A stretch of DNA of 64,000 nt from Lama glama (taxonomy: Eukaryota). Each line of letters opens with the position of its first letter. The stretch's first letter is position 1. The notes under the pieces are model-generated. The model searched no databases and had not been told where the DNA came from. It saw only the letters and a program-made list of their open reading frames with translations. A program made the position numbers and the translations under genes. Positions 36,050 to 50,169 of this stretch are shown piece by piece. Where the stretch lies: the NCBI GenBank assembly GCA_028534125.1, contig CM052823.1, positions 26,970,001 to 27,034,000 of the forward strand. Direction: 5' to 3'.

Positions 36050-36330
36050 AGTATAATTTAGAGAGCAGGAGTTCTGAAGTCACACAGATAAGAGTTCAAG
36101 CCTCAGCACCTGCTACCTGTTTAACATGAGGCAAATTACTTAACCTCTCTGAGCCTCGGGTTTTTTAGCTGTAAAATGGGATGAGCATAGGACCAATGTC
36201 ACCAAATTATTTCCAGGATTAGTTGAGATTGAGTCCATAAAGTGTGTGACATGCGGTGCCTGGCACACAGCAATCTCACAGTAAGTGGGGAGTACTGTGG
36301 TTATTATTACTGCTATTGTTATCATCATCA
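36050..36330 (+). mobile_element. MIR
   Basis: ggcaaattacttaacctctctgagcctc.g.ttt....ctgtaaaatgggga, gtgcctggcacacag. Confidence 0.75.
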
Positions 36331-36466
36331 GTGATAATTATGTTCATTAGCAGACCTCGAGTGTTGAAAACATAACTAAAGGAGAGACTTCAAAGCACTG
36401 AGAATGACAAAAGCAAACCTCAACATGGTATATACATTAAGTACCATTTTTGTTTAAAAAAAAGTT

Positions 36467-36630
36467 CAAGGACCTACTGTATAGCACAGTGAACTATATT
36501 CAGTATCTTGTAATAACTTGTAACGGAAAAGAATCTGAAAAATAATATATAGATGCATATGTATAACTGAATGACTTTGTTGTACACCTGAAACTAACAC
36601 AACATTGTAAACCAATTATACTTCAAAAAA
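36467..36630 (+). mobile_element. 5'-truncated L1 3' end (cetartiodactyl-type)
   Basis: aaggacctactgtatagcacag...tgtacacctgaaactaacacaacattgtaaa...tatacttcaaaaaa. Confidence 0.85.
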
Positions 36631-37049
36631 ATTTAAAAGTTTTAGAAATGTTAACAGTGGATCTCTTTGAGTGATGATGGCACTATGTTATTTTTCTTTT
36701 CTTCTTTGCTTTTTGTCTTTCCAAGTTTTCTGAACTGAACAGGTATTTTTCTGTAATTAGAAAAAACACTTTTTTTTAAAGGTTAGAGATGAGCATTAAA
36801 AATGAGCTACAAACTAAAAAACCATTGAAGGGTAGAGTTTAAACGGATGAATTGTATGGTGTTTGAATTATATCTCAAAGAGCTGTTGCCAAAAAAATCT
36901 TTAAAAATGACTCAAGATGTGCAGGCAATAACCCATGCAAAAATTCTTAACACAAAAATGTATAAACTAAGCAAAATAAGAAGTACAAGAAAGAAAGAGA
37001 GTAAGGCGAGAGCTGACAAACAGAACTATTATGTATAAGGTAAAATGTC

Positions 37050-38570
37050 CGATAACTCACGCTATTGTCAAGGCAACAGGGAATCAAATACTTGCATAGA
37101 TTGCTGCTGGGGTGTAAATTGGTACAACTGCCAATCAGGGAGAATCAATGAAAATTACAAATGCTATGAATGCATATGCTCTCTGATCCAGCAATTCCAT
37201 TTTAGGAAATTTATCCCATAGACATTCTGTGTAAGTGAGAAATGATGTATGTACAAGTTTATGAACCACGGCATTGTCTGTAATAGTAAAACACTAGAAA
37301 CAGCCCAAATGTCCACCACTAGATGGCTGGTTGAGTAAGTTATGGTACATCTATGCAATCGAGTAAGAGGAAGCTGTAAAAAGAAAAAGAAAAGAAAAAG
37401 GAAACTATAGTCTGATATGGAAAGATTTTTAAGCAATAGTATTAAGTAAAAAATAAAAATCCAAGTACTAAACAGTATTATAATAAACTTGCTACCTTTT
37501 GTGTAAAAAGTGTGCAGAGACAATATAGTCCTATTTTCTCACATATGCATTCTGGAAGAATACATAGAGACAGCAGAAACTGGAGGGCACTGAGTGACAA
37601 CTGAGCAGATGGGGAATAAAACTTTCCAGAGTGAAACTTTTCACTACATATCTCTTTATAAACTTTGGTCTTACAATCTTGTAAGACCAATTACAATCTT
37701 GTGAATATATTACTTATTAAAATTATATATAAAATAGGTAAACAAGGTCTTACTGTTAGCACAGGGAACTATACTCAATATCCTGTAACAAACCATAAGG
37801 AAAAAAATATGAAAAAGAATATGTATATGTATGTATAATTGAATCACTTTGCTGTACACCAGAAACTGACACAACACTGTAAACCATCTATACTTCAATA
37901 AAAAAAAATAATAAAATTAAATATGAATGAGTGTTTAAAGGAAGAAGCTAAAGAGTGAAATGATAGACCCCTGGGGTCTTTATGAAATAACAATGGTGGG
38001 TGTTAATGCTAAATGTTGACACTGGTTGATGGGTCTGTGGGGATTCACTGTATGTTTGAAAATTTTTCACAATAAATTATCAAAAATTTAAGAAGTGTTC
38101 ATAATAGTCAAATGTTGGAGATAATCTAAATGTCTATCAGCTGGTCAATGAACAAACAGAATGTGGCCTACAGATACCATGGAACACTACTCATCAACAA
38201 AAAGGAACAAACTACTGATAACTACTGATAACAAACTGCAGTGTGGATGAACCTCAAAAACACCATGCAAAGCGGAAAAAGCCGGACACATGACCATATA
38301 TTACATGATTCCTTTTATATGAAATATCAAAAAAAGGCAAATCCATAGAGACAGAGAGTAAATGAGTGGTTGCCTAGGGCTGGGGATGGGAAGGGGAAGT
38401 TACTGTAAAGGGGCAGCAGGGATCTTTTTCGGGATAATAGGAATAGCCTAACTTGATTATGGTGAAGGCTGCACAACTCTATAAATTTAGTAAAAGTCAT
38501 TGAATTTCACACTTAAAATGAACGAATTTTATGGTGCGTAAATTATACCTCAAAAAAGTAGCTTAGGAAA
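37050..38570 (+). mobile_element. Cluster of old L1 (L1ME/MB-type) 3' fragments
   Basis: gatccagcaattccattttaggaatttatcc, gtggatgaacctcaaaaacaccatgc, gagtggttgcctagggctgggg, aaattatacctcaa. Confidence 0.75.
37720..37912 (+). mobile_element. 5'-truncated L1 3' end, same family as 36467-36630
   Basis: gcacagggaactatactcaatatc...gaatcactttgctgtacaccagaaact...tacttcaataaaaaa. Confidence 0.85.
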
Positions 38571-38589
38571 AGTGAAGGAACTAGGGCTA

Positions 38590-38950
38590 CTGAGGCGTGG
38601 TGGTGGTTAAGAGCATGGACCCTGGCATTAGACTCACTGGGGTAAAGTGTGAGCCCTCCCAGGTTAGCTGGGCAAGCTACCTTACCTTCCAGCGCCCCTA
38701 TGTGTGAAGTGGGTCTGTAATAACTCATGCTTACTGTAATGCCAGGCATTGTTCCAAGCATTTTACATGTCTACCCCATTTAATAAGCCTTACAGCTCTC
38801 CTATGGTGATCACTTTACATCATTTGGCAAATGAGGAAACTGGGCACAGAGAGGTTAAGTGACTTGCCCATGGTCTTACTGGTCACATGAATAGTAAGCT
38901 GAAGAGCAGGTAGCCTGATTTTAAGGGCCAAGTGCTTGATCATCTTACTG
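38590..38950. mobile_element. Two adjacent MIRs in opposite orientation
   Basis: gtggttaagagcatgg (+) followed by atgaggaaactgggcacagagaggttaagtgacttgccca (-). Confidence 0.65.
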
Positions 38951-41900
38951 CATTACCTCACAATGACCCTACCTAGCCCAGGTTGTTATAAGAACTAAAT
39001 GGAAATAATTAATACAAAGTATTGCACATACATTAAATATTCAGTAAATGCTAGAGAAGAAAGTACCATCTAATTGACTCAAACGGCTTGCCTTTGTCCA
39101 GCTGTATTTTGAAATGTTCAGGGAATAAAAAGCCAACCCTATTTAAGAAATAGTCTGGAAGGAAAGCGCTAAACCCTACAGACCAGCCATAAAGAAATTC
39201 CTTTTCTGTCTGGTTTAGACATCATGGGGTGGAGAGAGAAGAGAGAAGTCAAGGCTATTCCTAATGTGTACTTAAGTGCCTGGGTTTCTTCACAAGGTGG
39301 TGGGACAGGTTGCTGAGGAGTTCAGAGGCCAGGCTTTGGGGTGAGACAGATTGGGTCTGATCTCGGCTCCTCTACCAAAGAGGCCAATCAGTCAGTGACA
39401 AGGTGCTTAACTTCTGTTAAGTCTCAGCTTCCTCATTTGAAAAGTGGGTTGAAAAAAAAAAACGGACCAGTTTAGGGAATGTGAGGATTACATATTGTAA
39501 TATGTATAAAGTGATCAGCACAAGTTCAGGACACATACTTAGGTGACTACCTAATTTTCTTGTCACCTATAAATATATTTCTCACTGCAGATCATTAAGG
39601 AAAGCACTGCACTTGTAGAGGAAAATTAACCAAACGTCTTGTGCTCCCAGCACTGTGTTCCAACTCTCCATGTTGGGACAGGGTGCCCAGTGGGCCAACC
39701 CTGATCTCACCCTGGCTAGGACCCAAGGACTGCAGCCACTGTCCCCAGGAGGCATCCGCCAGCCTCTCCACTGGGTGCCTGCAAACCTAATGGGTGTCAG
39801 GAAGCCAACCTCACTAGACTAAAGACCCAAGGGGCAGGGGCTTTAAGTAGATCTGGGAGTTTGGTAAAAGAAAGATTATTATGGGTAGAATGGAATAGTT
39901 CTGCATCTCTCCAGAGAGCAGAGAAAGAGCAGCTGGGTCTACGCTGGGCTGGGAGGCTGGCCAAGTTAGGCACAAAGAAGGCCTTCCTGTGGCCGTGAGA
40001 CCAGAGAAAGATGTGGAGGGAGTCCCGCCTTGGTGTCTTCAGGGGGACGAAGGACCAGCTGAGGAGCAGTCAGATACGCTCCCCTGGGCTCTGGAATGGT
40101 ACTCCCTCTGCCTGCCCTGCCTACCTTGGCTTCGGTCTCCTCTCCCAGGAGGAGCAGGGCCCAGCACGGGCAACACCATTAAGCAGCTGAGCCACTTTTT
40201 CCTGTCTGTCCCAGGACACAGGTTATGATGGGAAACAAAAAGGTGGTCTGGACGGGCTAAGAATACTAACTTAAGAATGAGACAACCTGTGTGGGAGTCC
40301 CAGCTCTGCCACTTACTAGCTTTGTAGCCTCAGGCAAGTTACTTAGCCTCTCTGTGCCCCAATACCTAGCCCATAGATGTTGGGAGAAGAAAATGAGATC
40401 CTGTGTGTAAAATGCTTAGGCTGGTGCTGGTCATAGATAGCAGCTCTTATTAAGCTAGTGTTGAGGCTGAGACAAAGCCATCCACAGGTCCCCTTTCCCA
40501 CCCCAGGCTCCTGTCTTAAAGAGGGACCCATCAGGATGCCATCTGGTCTGTGCCCAAGAGGGGCATCTACACCCCTCCCAAGTTAGCAGTGCCTTTGGGA
40601 TCCCACCCATCAGAAAACTGGGGACACCCACTACAGTGTTGACTGTGGTTCCTTATGCTTTTGCAGCACTGGACAGTTCATAAAGCAGTTTCACATGCAC
40701 TGTCTCATTTGATAAGCCCATGTGTATTATAATGGCAGTTCTACAGGCTGAAAAGCAGAGAGATTCAAGGAAGCTTCCACAGCTAGTGAAGGGGGACTTA
40801 AACCCAGGGCCATATCTGTTCCATATCATTCTGGGTCTTCCTGGCAGAGGTGACTGTTTGTCCTGCCCCTTCACGCACTTGCTCTCCCTCCTGAGCTTCT
40901 GCACCCAGGGGTCTTTAAGCACAAGCCTGGCAGGCCAGGGCGAAGATTAGGGCTTGGTGTACGTCTGTGGAAGGAGCGCACCCCTCCCACAGCCCTGCCC
41001 AAGAGCAGGAGAAGCGGGGCCAGGCCTTGGTCTCACTGAGTCGTATCCTCAGCAACTCAGTTAGCTGTCCACACAAGCAGGCCTACCTGGGATCACCCAG
41101 TGCAGAGATATGGGAAGTGGAGTTGAGTCCTCCCAGAAGACTTTGGGGACAAACCTCAGACATTTCTATATAAAATTTTAAAATATTAAGACTTGTGGGG
41201 GAAAAAAGCAAAGACCAGTCCTTCCAAAAAGAATCTCCTTTATCTTTTAACCCTAAGGTAAAAACCACTGAAGTTGAGAATTTCAATATGAAAAGAGGAT
41301 CACTGAGTCCCGTGGGTCTGGAAGCTTCTACCCCCTCTCTCCTGCCCTGTGGGCACAGTCCCCTCCTCCTCTGAGAACCACAGGTGTCCAGGGAGCTCCG
41401 GGGGTCCTAAAAGCTGCAGGGGACCTTCCCAGCCGACATTTATGTCCTCTAACACAGTTTCCCTGGGACTGGGATGGAGAGTTTGGGCTTTTAATTCTTT
41501 CCAGGTAGGGCTGAAATAGCGTTTTTATTCTCCACCCTCATTTCCAAGGGCTGGTAATTTTCTGAGACCATTACCATTGGGGCTGAGATTCTGTTCCCAG
41601 CACAGAGGTGATATGTGCAGGGAATTTTCCTCAGCAAGTCTGAGTGAAGGAAGGCGCTCTCAGGAGCCCCATTCTTCACGTGAATCTTTCACTCACTCTC
41701 CCCAGCATCTGGGGGTCAAAGAGAGCCTTATTATTTTTATAACGTTTTCATTTGTTTCTGTCAGTTTAAAATCATCAGCAATTAAACCAAAGGGTAAAGC
41801 CCACGCTAATGTCTTGTCTTGGCTCCTCTGGGGAGGCCCCAAGGAACAGATGATTCTGGGAGTCCGCCCCTGCAGAGCTGTTCCCAGTGCAGGTGGCCTG

Positions 41901-44763
41901 GGTTCAATTCTCATGTCTTGAGACAATTTTCTCTTCCCCCGCCTTCCTGTTTGCCTGCAAAGCCATCCAAGATGTTGGTTTCCTGAAGCAAAGGGTCCTT
42001 CTCCTGGGAGCACTGAATCCAGGAAAACTGCCTCCCAGGGACCTTGCAAAGATCAGGCAAGATGATGTGGGTCAAAGTATAAACTTGAGAGTATCTACAA
42101 ATATGTGTTCTGAGGAGAAAGACGCACATATGGGTACGCAGCAATAGCCAGCATTGTGGCTCTGTCTCCTACGTATTAGATCACTGACAATGACCAACAA
42201 AAACATATGTTCATATTAAATTAATTAACAAAAATAACTCAGAACAATTTCTACCCTTGGCATAGGAGACAGCCTTTGTTTTTGGAAGCCCAGCATCCAT
42301 GTCCCCTTCCGAGGAGCACCTTGGTTTCCTTTTAGGGACCTGCCTCTTGTCTCTGAGGGCAACCTCACTGGGAGGGTAAATTCAAGGGTCTCTCCCCAGT
42401 CCTCACCAACATCACCACAGAAGCTAGACGGGTCCTTGCAGGCCCCTTTGGAGACATCCCACTTCTTCCCACCAAAGGGCAACCATGGGACTTAGATGGA
42501 CCAACAAAGCCCTCCCAGGTCTTAGGCTTGAGACCAGCAACAGAGACTTGCAGAGTGTGAGCCTTCAAGCAAAATTTGGCCCACCCGAAGCCGCTGGTTC
42601 CCAGGCTCCCAGGTATCCTAGAAGTTTATTCCCCTACCCTTAAGTTTGTCGTGCTAACTTATAGCCAGAGGCTCCAAAATGGCGATCTCACCAAAGTGAC
42701 GAGTTCCACACAGGGTCTAGCCACGGAGTGTCCCCAAGGCCTCTAGCACCTCAGCATCCCTGAGGCCCCCAGAGGGAAAGTCATTAAAGACCCCTCTCCA
42801 TAGAAAAAAGCTATGTCATCGTCAGACCCAAACATGAGCCTGGGCCGCAGGCATTCTCTCTCTTTCTCTAAGTGCTGACTTTCCCAGACCCTGGATTGGA
42901 GATTTCAAGTTTCTGATGCTGTGCAGACTGACTGTTTTCCAACCCATAAAGTTCTGGGTTGATGCAAAGCTACTGGAACCTTCTGATCCTTGAGGATGTA
43001 CCCTGTGAAAGGCCCATGAATATCATTGTCTCCAAGTGATTCCAGGTGGTGAACCAGTGAGGCCTGGGGCCACAGTCCACTGGGCCAGGTTAGGTGCTCA
43101 CTCAACGTGGAAGGAATAAAGACAATATCACTGTCCCTGAGAGGCCCTGTGGATGCCCTGGTGCTGGGGTTACTGGCCGGAGTGCTATGGTCTCGTGGGC
43201 CTGACATGTTGGTGCAGGGCTAGTTTGGTAGCATCTCCACTAAATTCATTTACCACCAATTGCATCAGACAATTCTTTGCAGCTGGTTGTCAAACCTGTT
43301 CTGACTGCCTTCTGGTTTGCCCTAATGCAGAACAACTGTCCTGTGGCTTTCTGAAGAGGCAGCATGATGTGGTGGGAAGAATTGTGGCTGGGAGCCTGGG
43401 AGCCTGGGAGGCCTGCATCCCAGCCTCATCTGCCCAGACAAGCTATATGACTTTAAGCAAGTGATGCTCTCACCGGTCTTCATTTCTTCTCCTGTAAATC
43501 AGGCCACTAGGTGTCCTTCCTGGTCATTTCCTCAGATCCGAGTGGCCATTCTTCCAGGCACTGCCAGAAAGAGGGTGTGGGGCTTTGAGAGAGGCAGTGG
43601 CAGACACCTGTGCTAGTTTCCTCTGGACTTGCAGAGTCCCTGATTCCAAGATTCCATTCTTAGCACCGTCTTTCAGGACTCGAGAGACTTCAGGGACAAT
43701 TCAGAGCTCCTGGTGCTTTAGAGGGCTTTCTCTGAGTCCTTGGAGTTAGTCACTCAATACCCAGACAAGGATGAAGTGGGGAATTTTCTACTGGACTTGG
43801 TCCCCACAGTTAGGATTTTCAGTTAGTGTATCTCACTTAGAGGCAGTTGCCTCATTTCCAAGCTGTAGCTTATCCTCAGATCTGAACACAAGAGGCAGTG
43901 TGCTCCAGGAGAAAGAACTGTGGAAGCAGGAAAGGCTGGATCTGTATTGGCCCTGCTGTTCACCTTCAGGCAAGTCACTTAACTTCTCTGAGTCATTTTC
44001 TTCAACAGCAAAAAGAAAGAATTGGACTTGGCTTTACTCATTTATATATTATGTCTTCCCTGTAGCATCAGACACAGGAAGACATAAAATCCAGAGTCGT
44101 AGGAGAGGGGGAGTGGGTAGCCCTCCCACTTCCAGCGAGGGATCCCTGGCTACAGGAGCAGTTTTAATTGCTATATTGAATTTCTAGCTGCACCAAAAGG
44201 GAAACAGTATGTACCGGAGATGCTTCTTTCCTCCACTGAATTCTACAATACACTCAATCTTGCATTTAGCCAGTAAACATTTACTGAGCATCTGGGAGAG
44301 GCCAACTGAGCTGGGCCTATAGCAGCAACCAGACCTGAGGCTCCGGCAATGGGGATTTTATCTTGGGGAAAAACAACAATGATGCCAATGGCAGTGGTAC
44401 AAAAGATGCTGAGAGGGGCGCTGTAAAAGTGAGGGTGCAGCACAGAGGTGTACTTCTACGAAGACTTTCCAACAGCGAGCAAAATCGTAAATCACTGCCA
44501 GGTTATGCCACTTGCTGGTGACTTGGCTTAAAGTGGGAACTTGACCTGGAGAGCCGGGAGTGGGGAGCGACTTCCGGACCCTGGAGACTCTCTCAGTTGT
44601 TCATCAACTCATCTCAGCTTTTGACTGGAGTTAGGTACTGGTCAAGAGATGCTGAGCACCCTGGGGCAGGCCTGGGGGGCTAATTTCCTGTGTTTCTGAG
44701 TGAAGATAGAGCAAATCGTGCTGAGATGCCAGTCAGTGCCTGCCTGTCCACACTCCACTTCTT

Positions 44764-44862
44764 CTTTTTTTTTTTTTATTTAAGTGGAGATACTGGGGCT
44801 TGAACCCAGGACCTCATGCATGCTCACCATGTGCTCTACCACTGAGCTGTCTTCCTTCTCCC
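44764..44862 (-). mobile_element. Vic-1-like SINE (diverged)
   Basis: Reverse complement reads CAGCTCAGTGGTAGAGCACATG...GAGGTCCTGGGTTCAAGCCCCAGTATCTCC plus poly-A. Confidence 0.85.
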
Positions 44863-46792
44863 TTTCTTTTTTTTACTGAAACTTTTACGTTTTGTTGTAA
44901 AATTTTTCAAACATACTGAAAAGTTGAAGGAATTATCTAGTGAACACCCATGTACCCACCACCTTGATTCTACAGCATTTTGCTGTTTTTGCTTCATCAT
45001 ATATCTGTCCTGCTAGCCATCCTTTCGTCTGTCAGTCAGTCCACCTCAATTTTTTGGTGTATTTCAAAGAAAGCTGTAGACCTCAGTTTACTTCACCCTT
45101 AAACACTTAAGCATGCATATCATTAACTAGAGTTCAAAATATGTTTAAAGTTTTGTGTGTGTGTGTGTCTGTACAATGCACAAATCTTAAGGGTACCTTC
45201 AGATGAATTTTGATAAATGCATACACCTGTGTCATCCAAATCCTCACCGAGAAACAGAACATTACTATCACTCCAGAGAGCTGCCTTGTCCACCCATTTT
45301 TAAGGGGCCCACCCCACATCTCATCCCCACATCCCCTGCTGCCCTAATCTGTGAATTATATGCCCCACAGTTCTGGGTGCTTCACCACAGCTGTCTGAAC
45401 CAGTGTGGCCACTTGACCCGAAGGCAGCCCATCAAGGTGTTGGCTAGTGACCTTTAACCTCTATGGCTGGGCTCAGGGGGATGATCTGGGCCAATCCCAG
45501 GCTCCCTCAGGAGGCAGAACACTGAGAGACCTCACTTGTTGGTCAAAGACACTGAGCTGAAGGCCATGAGGCAGATCTGGGGCTGGGTCGCCATGATCAC
45601 GGGCCACAGGCCAGCAGAAGTGTGGAGAAGTCAGGGCTAGTGAGGAACACAAGCGTGTTCCCAGGCGGCACAAGCCTCTGTGTGAGGGACGGCATGGTCC
45701 CTGAGGAAGGCACAGGAGAGAGGGCCTCAGTTTCCTTTGGCTGCAGCTGCCATTCCAGGTGTCCAGAGTCTGCAGAAACTCGAGGGCCTCGCCTCTGTGC
45801 AACTACAATAGCCCCCTTGGGATGGAAATGCAGACAGTGGTACATCGGCCGGTTTGTTGGGAAAATGAAAGGATCTTTCTTCCATGAGAGCCGCCCTACT
45901 TCTGTGTGGGATGGGCTGTAGGCGTGACCTAAATGCCCCTGGAAATTGATGACAATAATACATGACATTGGCATCAGAAGTGATGATAAAGCCAAGCCCG
46001 CTACTGCACGTTTTAACGCATAGGCTCATCTGACCCTCACACCAGTCTTTTCCAAACAACAGGTATTCTGTCCCCATTTTGCAGTTGAGGAGACAGGTAC
46101 AGAACCGAGCTGTAATCTGCCCAAGTTCCCAGTAAACTGTGGAACCAGAGCTGAGGTGCAGAGTACAGAGTCCTGAGTCCCAGCGTTCTCTCCTGTGCCT
46201 GGGCAGGTACTGGGGTGGAGGCAAGGTTTAGAGTCATGTGTGGGTCCAGGTGGCAAGTTTTCTGCCCTGGAGCACTTGTCATGAGTAAGCAGCCCACATG
46301 TGAAGAGCCTCCTTGCTCTGGCTCCTAACCATCATCTAGTCTTCGCCCCATTCCAGGCTACAACCTTACAGAATGACTTGGAATTGGGCATACCACGCTG
46401 TGCCTTTGCTCAGGCCACACCTCCTGCCTGAGGGTTCCTTTCTCTCCATGTCAACCAGCATGTGTCCATCTCTAAAGTCCAGCCACGTCATCACCCCCTC
46501 AGTGAGAGCGGCGAAGACTCTCCCCAGTATGTGCCCTGTGATGGTATCCACAGCCTTCCTCACCCTCACCGGCTCCCTCCCAAGCCTAAACAACTGGAAG
46601 GCAAGAACTGGGGCTTATTCACCCTTGCACCCCAGCTTCTAGATTGGTGCTTGTCACACACCAGAAAACAAACACTTTCTCAGTGGCAATGTATATAACA
46701 TTTATGAGCATACTTACTGTGGATGCAGTTCTGAGAGGCTTACAGGCATTCACTCATCATAACAACTCAAAAAGGTAAATATTATATTTATC

Positions 46793-47040
46793 CAGGGATA
46801 GATTTGGGTGAGGGAAGTGAAGCACTCAGCTCGGAAGCAAAATGGAAAGGGGTGCCAAAAAAACTCAGGAATCAACATAGATAATATTTTAATGAACTAT
46901 TTTACAATCGAGTATTAAAATTTCAGATCAAGACAAGATCCGGCCCAGTACTTAACACCACTTGCCTCCCTCACCTCACCCTAATCCCAGCCCTATCAGA
47001 TTCTGTCTTTATTTAAATTTTTGAGATTTTGTTCACCAAA
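46793..47040. mobile_element. MER96/MER96B-like hAT element
   Basis: Imperfect inverted ends cagggatagatttgggtgagg and cctcaccctaatcccagccct. Confidence 0.55.
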
Positions 47041-47148
47041 TCCATTTCCACGTATTATCTAATGAATTAATCAAGGCCATGTGTAAAGATTTACCTACAA
47101 ACATGTTATTGTTTGTTGTTTATGAAAATTAAAAAAAAATAGGAGAAC

Positions 47149-47226
47149 ATTTGGTTGAACCACATGAAACTGCTAGTATTTGACCATTTTTGATCTAAAA
47201 AGAACAATTCCAATTGCCAACCTAAT
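47149..47226. mobile_element. MADE2-like mariner MITE
   Basis: About 80 bp, ttggttgaaccacatgaaa...tttgaccatttttga...caacctaat, imperfect palindrome. Confidence 0.6.
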
Positions 47227-47569
47227 CTAAACAGCCAGAATTTACAAACCGTGATTACATATAATCTAGAGAACATTCTCTCAATGAAATCCAGGCAGCC
47301 ATTAAAAAATATTTGGAAGACAACAAGGACGTAGAAAGGTGTTCACAAGGAAGTGTTAAATGAAAAGAACCAGGTACAAAGCTGGATGAAATGTATCATT
47401 TCATTAAGAAAAATTCACCAGAAAAGATCTGCATTGATCATTCATCAAAATGTGAATCGAGGTAAACCTGAATGGTGAGTTTTGGAGTGATTTTCATGTC
47501 GTTTTTTGATTTCCCATCTCTTGTATATTAAACGTACTACATCTAAAGAGAGATAAAAGAACAATAAAG

Positions 47570-47840
47570 AAAAACCTGCTTACCCACAGATACAGAGAAC
47601 AAACTAGTGGTAACCAGTGGGGAGAGGGAAGGGAGGAGGGGCAGTATAGGGGCAGAGGATTAAGACGTACAAACCATTATGTATAAAGTAAGCTACAAGG
47701 ATATATTGTAATACGGGGAATATAGCAAATATTTTATAATAACTATAAATGGAGTATAGCCTTTAAAAATAGTGACTCACTATATTGTACACTTACAATT
47801 TATATAATATTATATACATCAACTACACTTCAATAAAAAA
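47570..47840 (+). mobile_element. L1 3' end fragment
   Basis: cacagatacagagaacaaactagtgg..ccagtggggagagggaagg...caactacacttcaataaaaaa. Confidence 0.8.
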
Positions 47841-49580
47841 CATTGTTATCTTATTCCTTTGATGACTATGTAAGTTTAAAAAGCCAAAGCTCTAAACGTT
47901 CTTAGAAATAATGAACAGTACACGTATGTAAATTTTAAAAATATGTGTAACATATTGTGTATATGTATTTACATGCAATACATTGTAAAGTGCAGTCAAA
48001 TTGTAACAATTCTACCTAATAAAACTGAAAAAAAAACCCATTATTATCAACAACAACAAAAAAAGAGAAAAATGTGCTTGTCTTTGATCTCATACCTTTC
48101 CACCAAGACTTTGTCACCCCCTCACCCTGAAAGGGGTGTAGAGACACCATTTTTAGTATTCACACCATTTCACAGATGGGACTCCCCCTCTCTGGCTCTT
48201 AATTCTCTTCCTCTGACCCTTTCCTCCTTTCCCGACCCTTCCTTCCTTCCAGCCCCCTGCACTCCCAACAGCTGACCTTGCCAAAGAAAGTGCTTTCTCT
48301 ACCACCACCTGCTCCAAAGCCCGCACCAACTCCCCCTCTACCCCCACCCCCGGCCCCCCACCCCCTGCAGGGGGCTGACCTGCAGGTACGGAACACACAC
48401 CCAAGCACCATCAACTGAGCAGAGCTGTCCTTCAGGCAAGTGAAAACAGTGCTGCGTGGGTGACAGGATTTGCAGGGGGAGGAGGGGTTTGGTGGAGCAG
48501 AATTCTTGCCTTCAGTAACTCCGCTTCCCTCCTTCTCTGCCTTCATGCAGCTGAGACTCAACCTTTGGGCGCCAGCTCTCTCTTTTTCAAATATTTTTAG
48601 AGTTAAGATTTCTTTTAATTCCAAAAGGTACAAAGACTAAGAATCACCTGCATTGCTCCCCCAAGTCAACAACTCCTTAGCATTTTATCAGATTGGCTTT
48701 AAGCCTCTCTCTTTGATTTAAGCCACCCCCCTCAAAAACAAACAAACAAACAAACAAACCAAGTGAAATGAAATGTTACAAAGCCAGCCAAAGCTCCCTG
48801 TTGGTCCCCTCCACCATCTCCTCCATAAACACTCACTGTCCTGAGTGTGCTCTGTATCCTCTTTGGTCCGGCATCATACTTTGACAAATATAGGCACACA
48901 TACACACACACATCCAGGAAAAATAGAGTAATCGTTCTGTATTATTCTGATCTGCAATCTGGTTATCTTTCCCCCTCTAACATCATGTTTTTAAGCCTCA
49001 TTCACGCTGATATATATTGATCTAGTTCATTATTTTACTACCACACAAAGTATTCCATCCCAGGTGAGTGGACTGGATGCCTCGGCATGGTACTCTGGGG
49101 TGCAGGGAATACCAAGGCTTCCTCTGACCTCAGAGGTTCTGCTAATTTGGAGAGCCTAAGCCAATTGCAGGGACTCTCCCTGTCCCTCATACTTCTAATT
49201 CATAAAAACTCCCAAACCCTGCCCTAGGTCCTCATCTTTCCCCCAGCTCCGCCAGGTGCTGAGATCACCTGGTCTCTACCTCACTCCTTTGTCTGATCTG
49301 TGAATATCTCTTGGTCTTCTAAAGTTCCCCATCCTGATTTCAAGAAATAAGGGAATTAAGATCTTTCACAAAGCCTGCTTTCCTCTCGTAAGTCGTGCCA
49401 TCAGGTGGTGGGCGTCCTAAGAAGTCAGTGTTTCTTCCGGTTTTGGTGCCAGGCTGCCCTGATCAAATCCTGGTAACTTGCCCTCTCTGAGTCAGGTTCC
49501 TCATCTGTAAAATGGGGGAGTAATGCTCAGCTCACAAGCCTGCCTGGACAGTCAAGGGCAAAATACATGAAACACAATTG

Positions 49581-49622
49581 GCAGGCTCCTGGCTCACAGC
49601 AGGCTCCTGGCTCACAGCAGGC
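49581..49622 (+). repeat. 18-bp perfect tandem duplication GCAGGCTCCTGGCTCACA x2.3
   Basis: Seen directly. Confidence 0.9.
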
Positions 49623-49744
49623 AGTCAAAAAATGCTTCTGCCCTTGCCCTTCTGTCTCTTCTCAAACCAGCAGCCACAGGGGTCTCTCAAAATGTAGGTC
49701 AGACCTCATCACTCCTCTGCTTATGTGGTTTCCCAGGTCAGGTC

Positions 49745-50115
49745 AGGAAGGCTTTGCAATATGCCTCTTGGCTTCCTGGGTTGCTTGCTCTGAGGGAAGC
49801 CAGGCACCACACACCATGAAGACACCCAAGCAGGCCTGTGGTGGGACCCACATGGGGAAGAACTGAGGCCTCCCGTCAACAGCCTGCACCAACTTGCCAG
49901 CCATATGAGACAGCAACTCTCCATCCTTTCAATGACGGTACCCCAGCTGACATCTGAGCCCAACCACACTGAGAAACCCCAAGCCAGAACCACCCAGCCA
50001 AGCCACTCCCAAATACCTGACCCACAAAAAACAATGAGACACAATAAATGATCATTATTGTTTTAAGCCATTAAGTTTTAGGGAGATTTGTTATGCAGCA
50101 TTAAATAAATAATAC
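49745..50115 (+). mobile_element. MaLR LTR (MLT1F/G-like solo LTR fragment)
   Basis: gaactgaggcctcc..caacagcc, gccagaaccacccagccaagcc, ttttaagccattaagttttagg..atttgttatgcagca..aataaataata. Confidence 0.8.
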
Positions 50116-50169
50116 GCAAGTTGACAAATAATGACAACTAGTATTGTTATTATTAACTTGTATGCTAAC

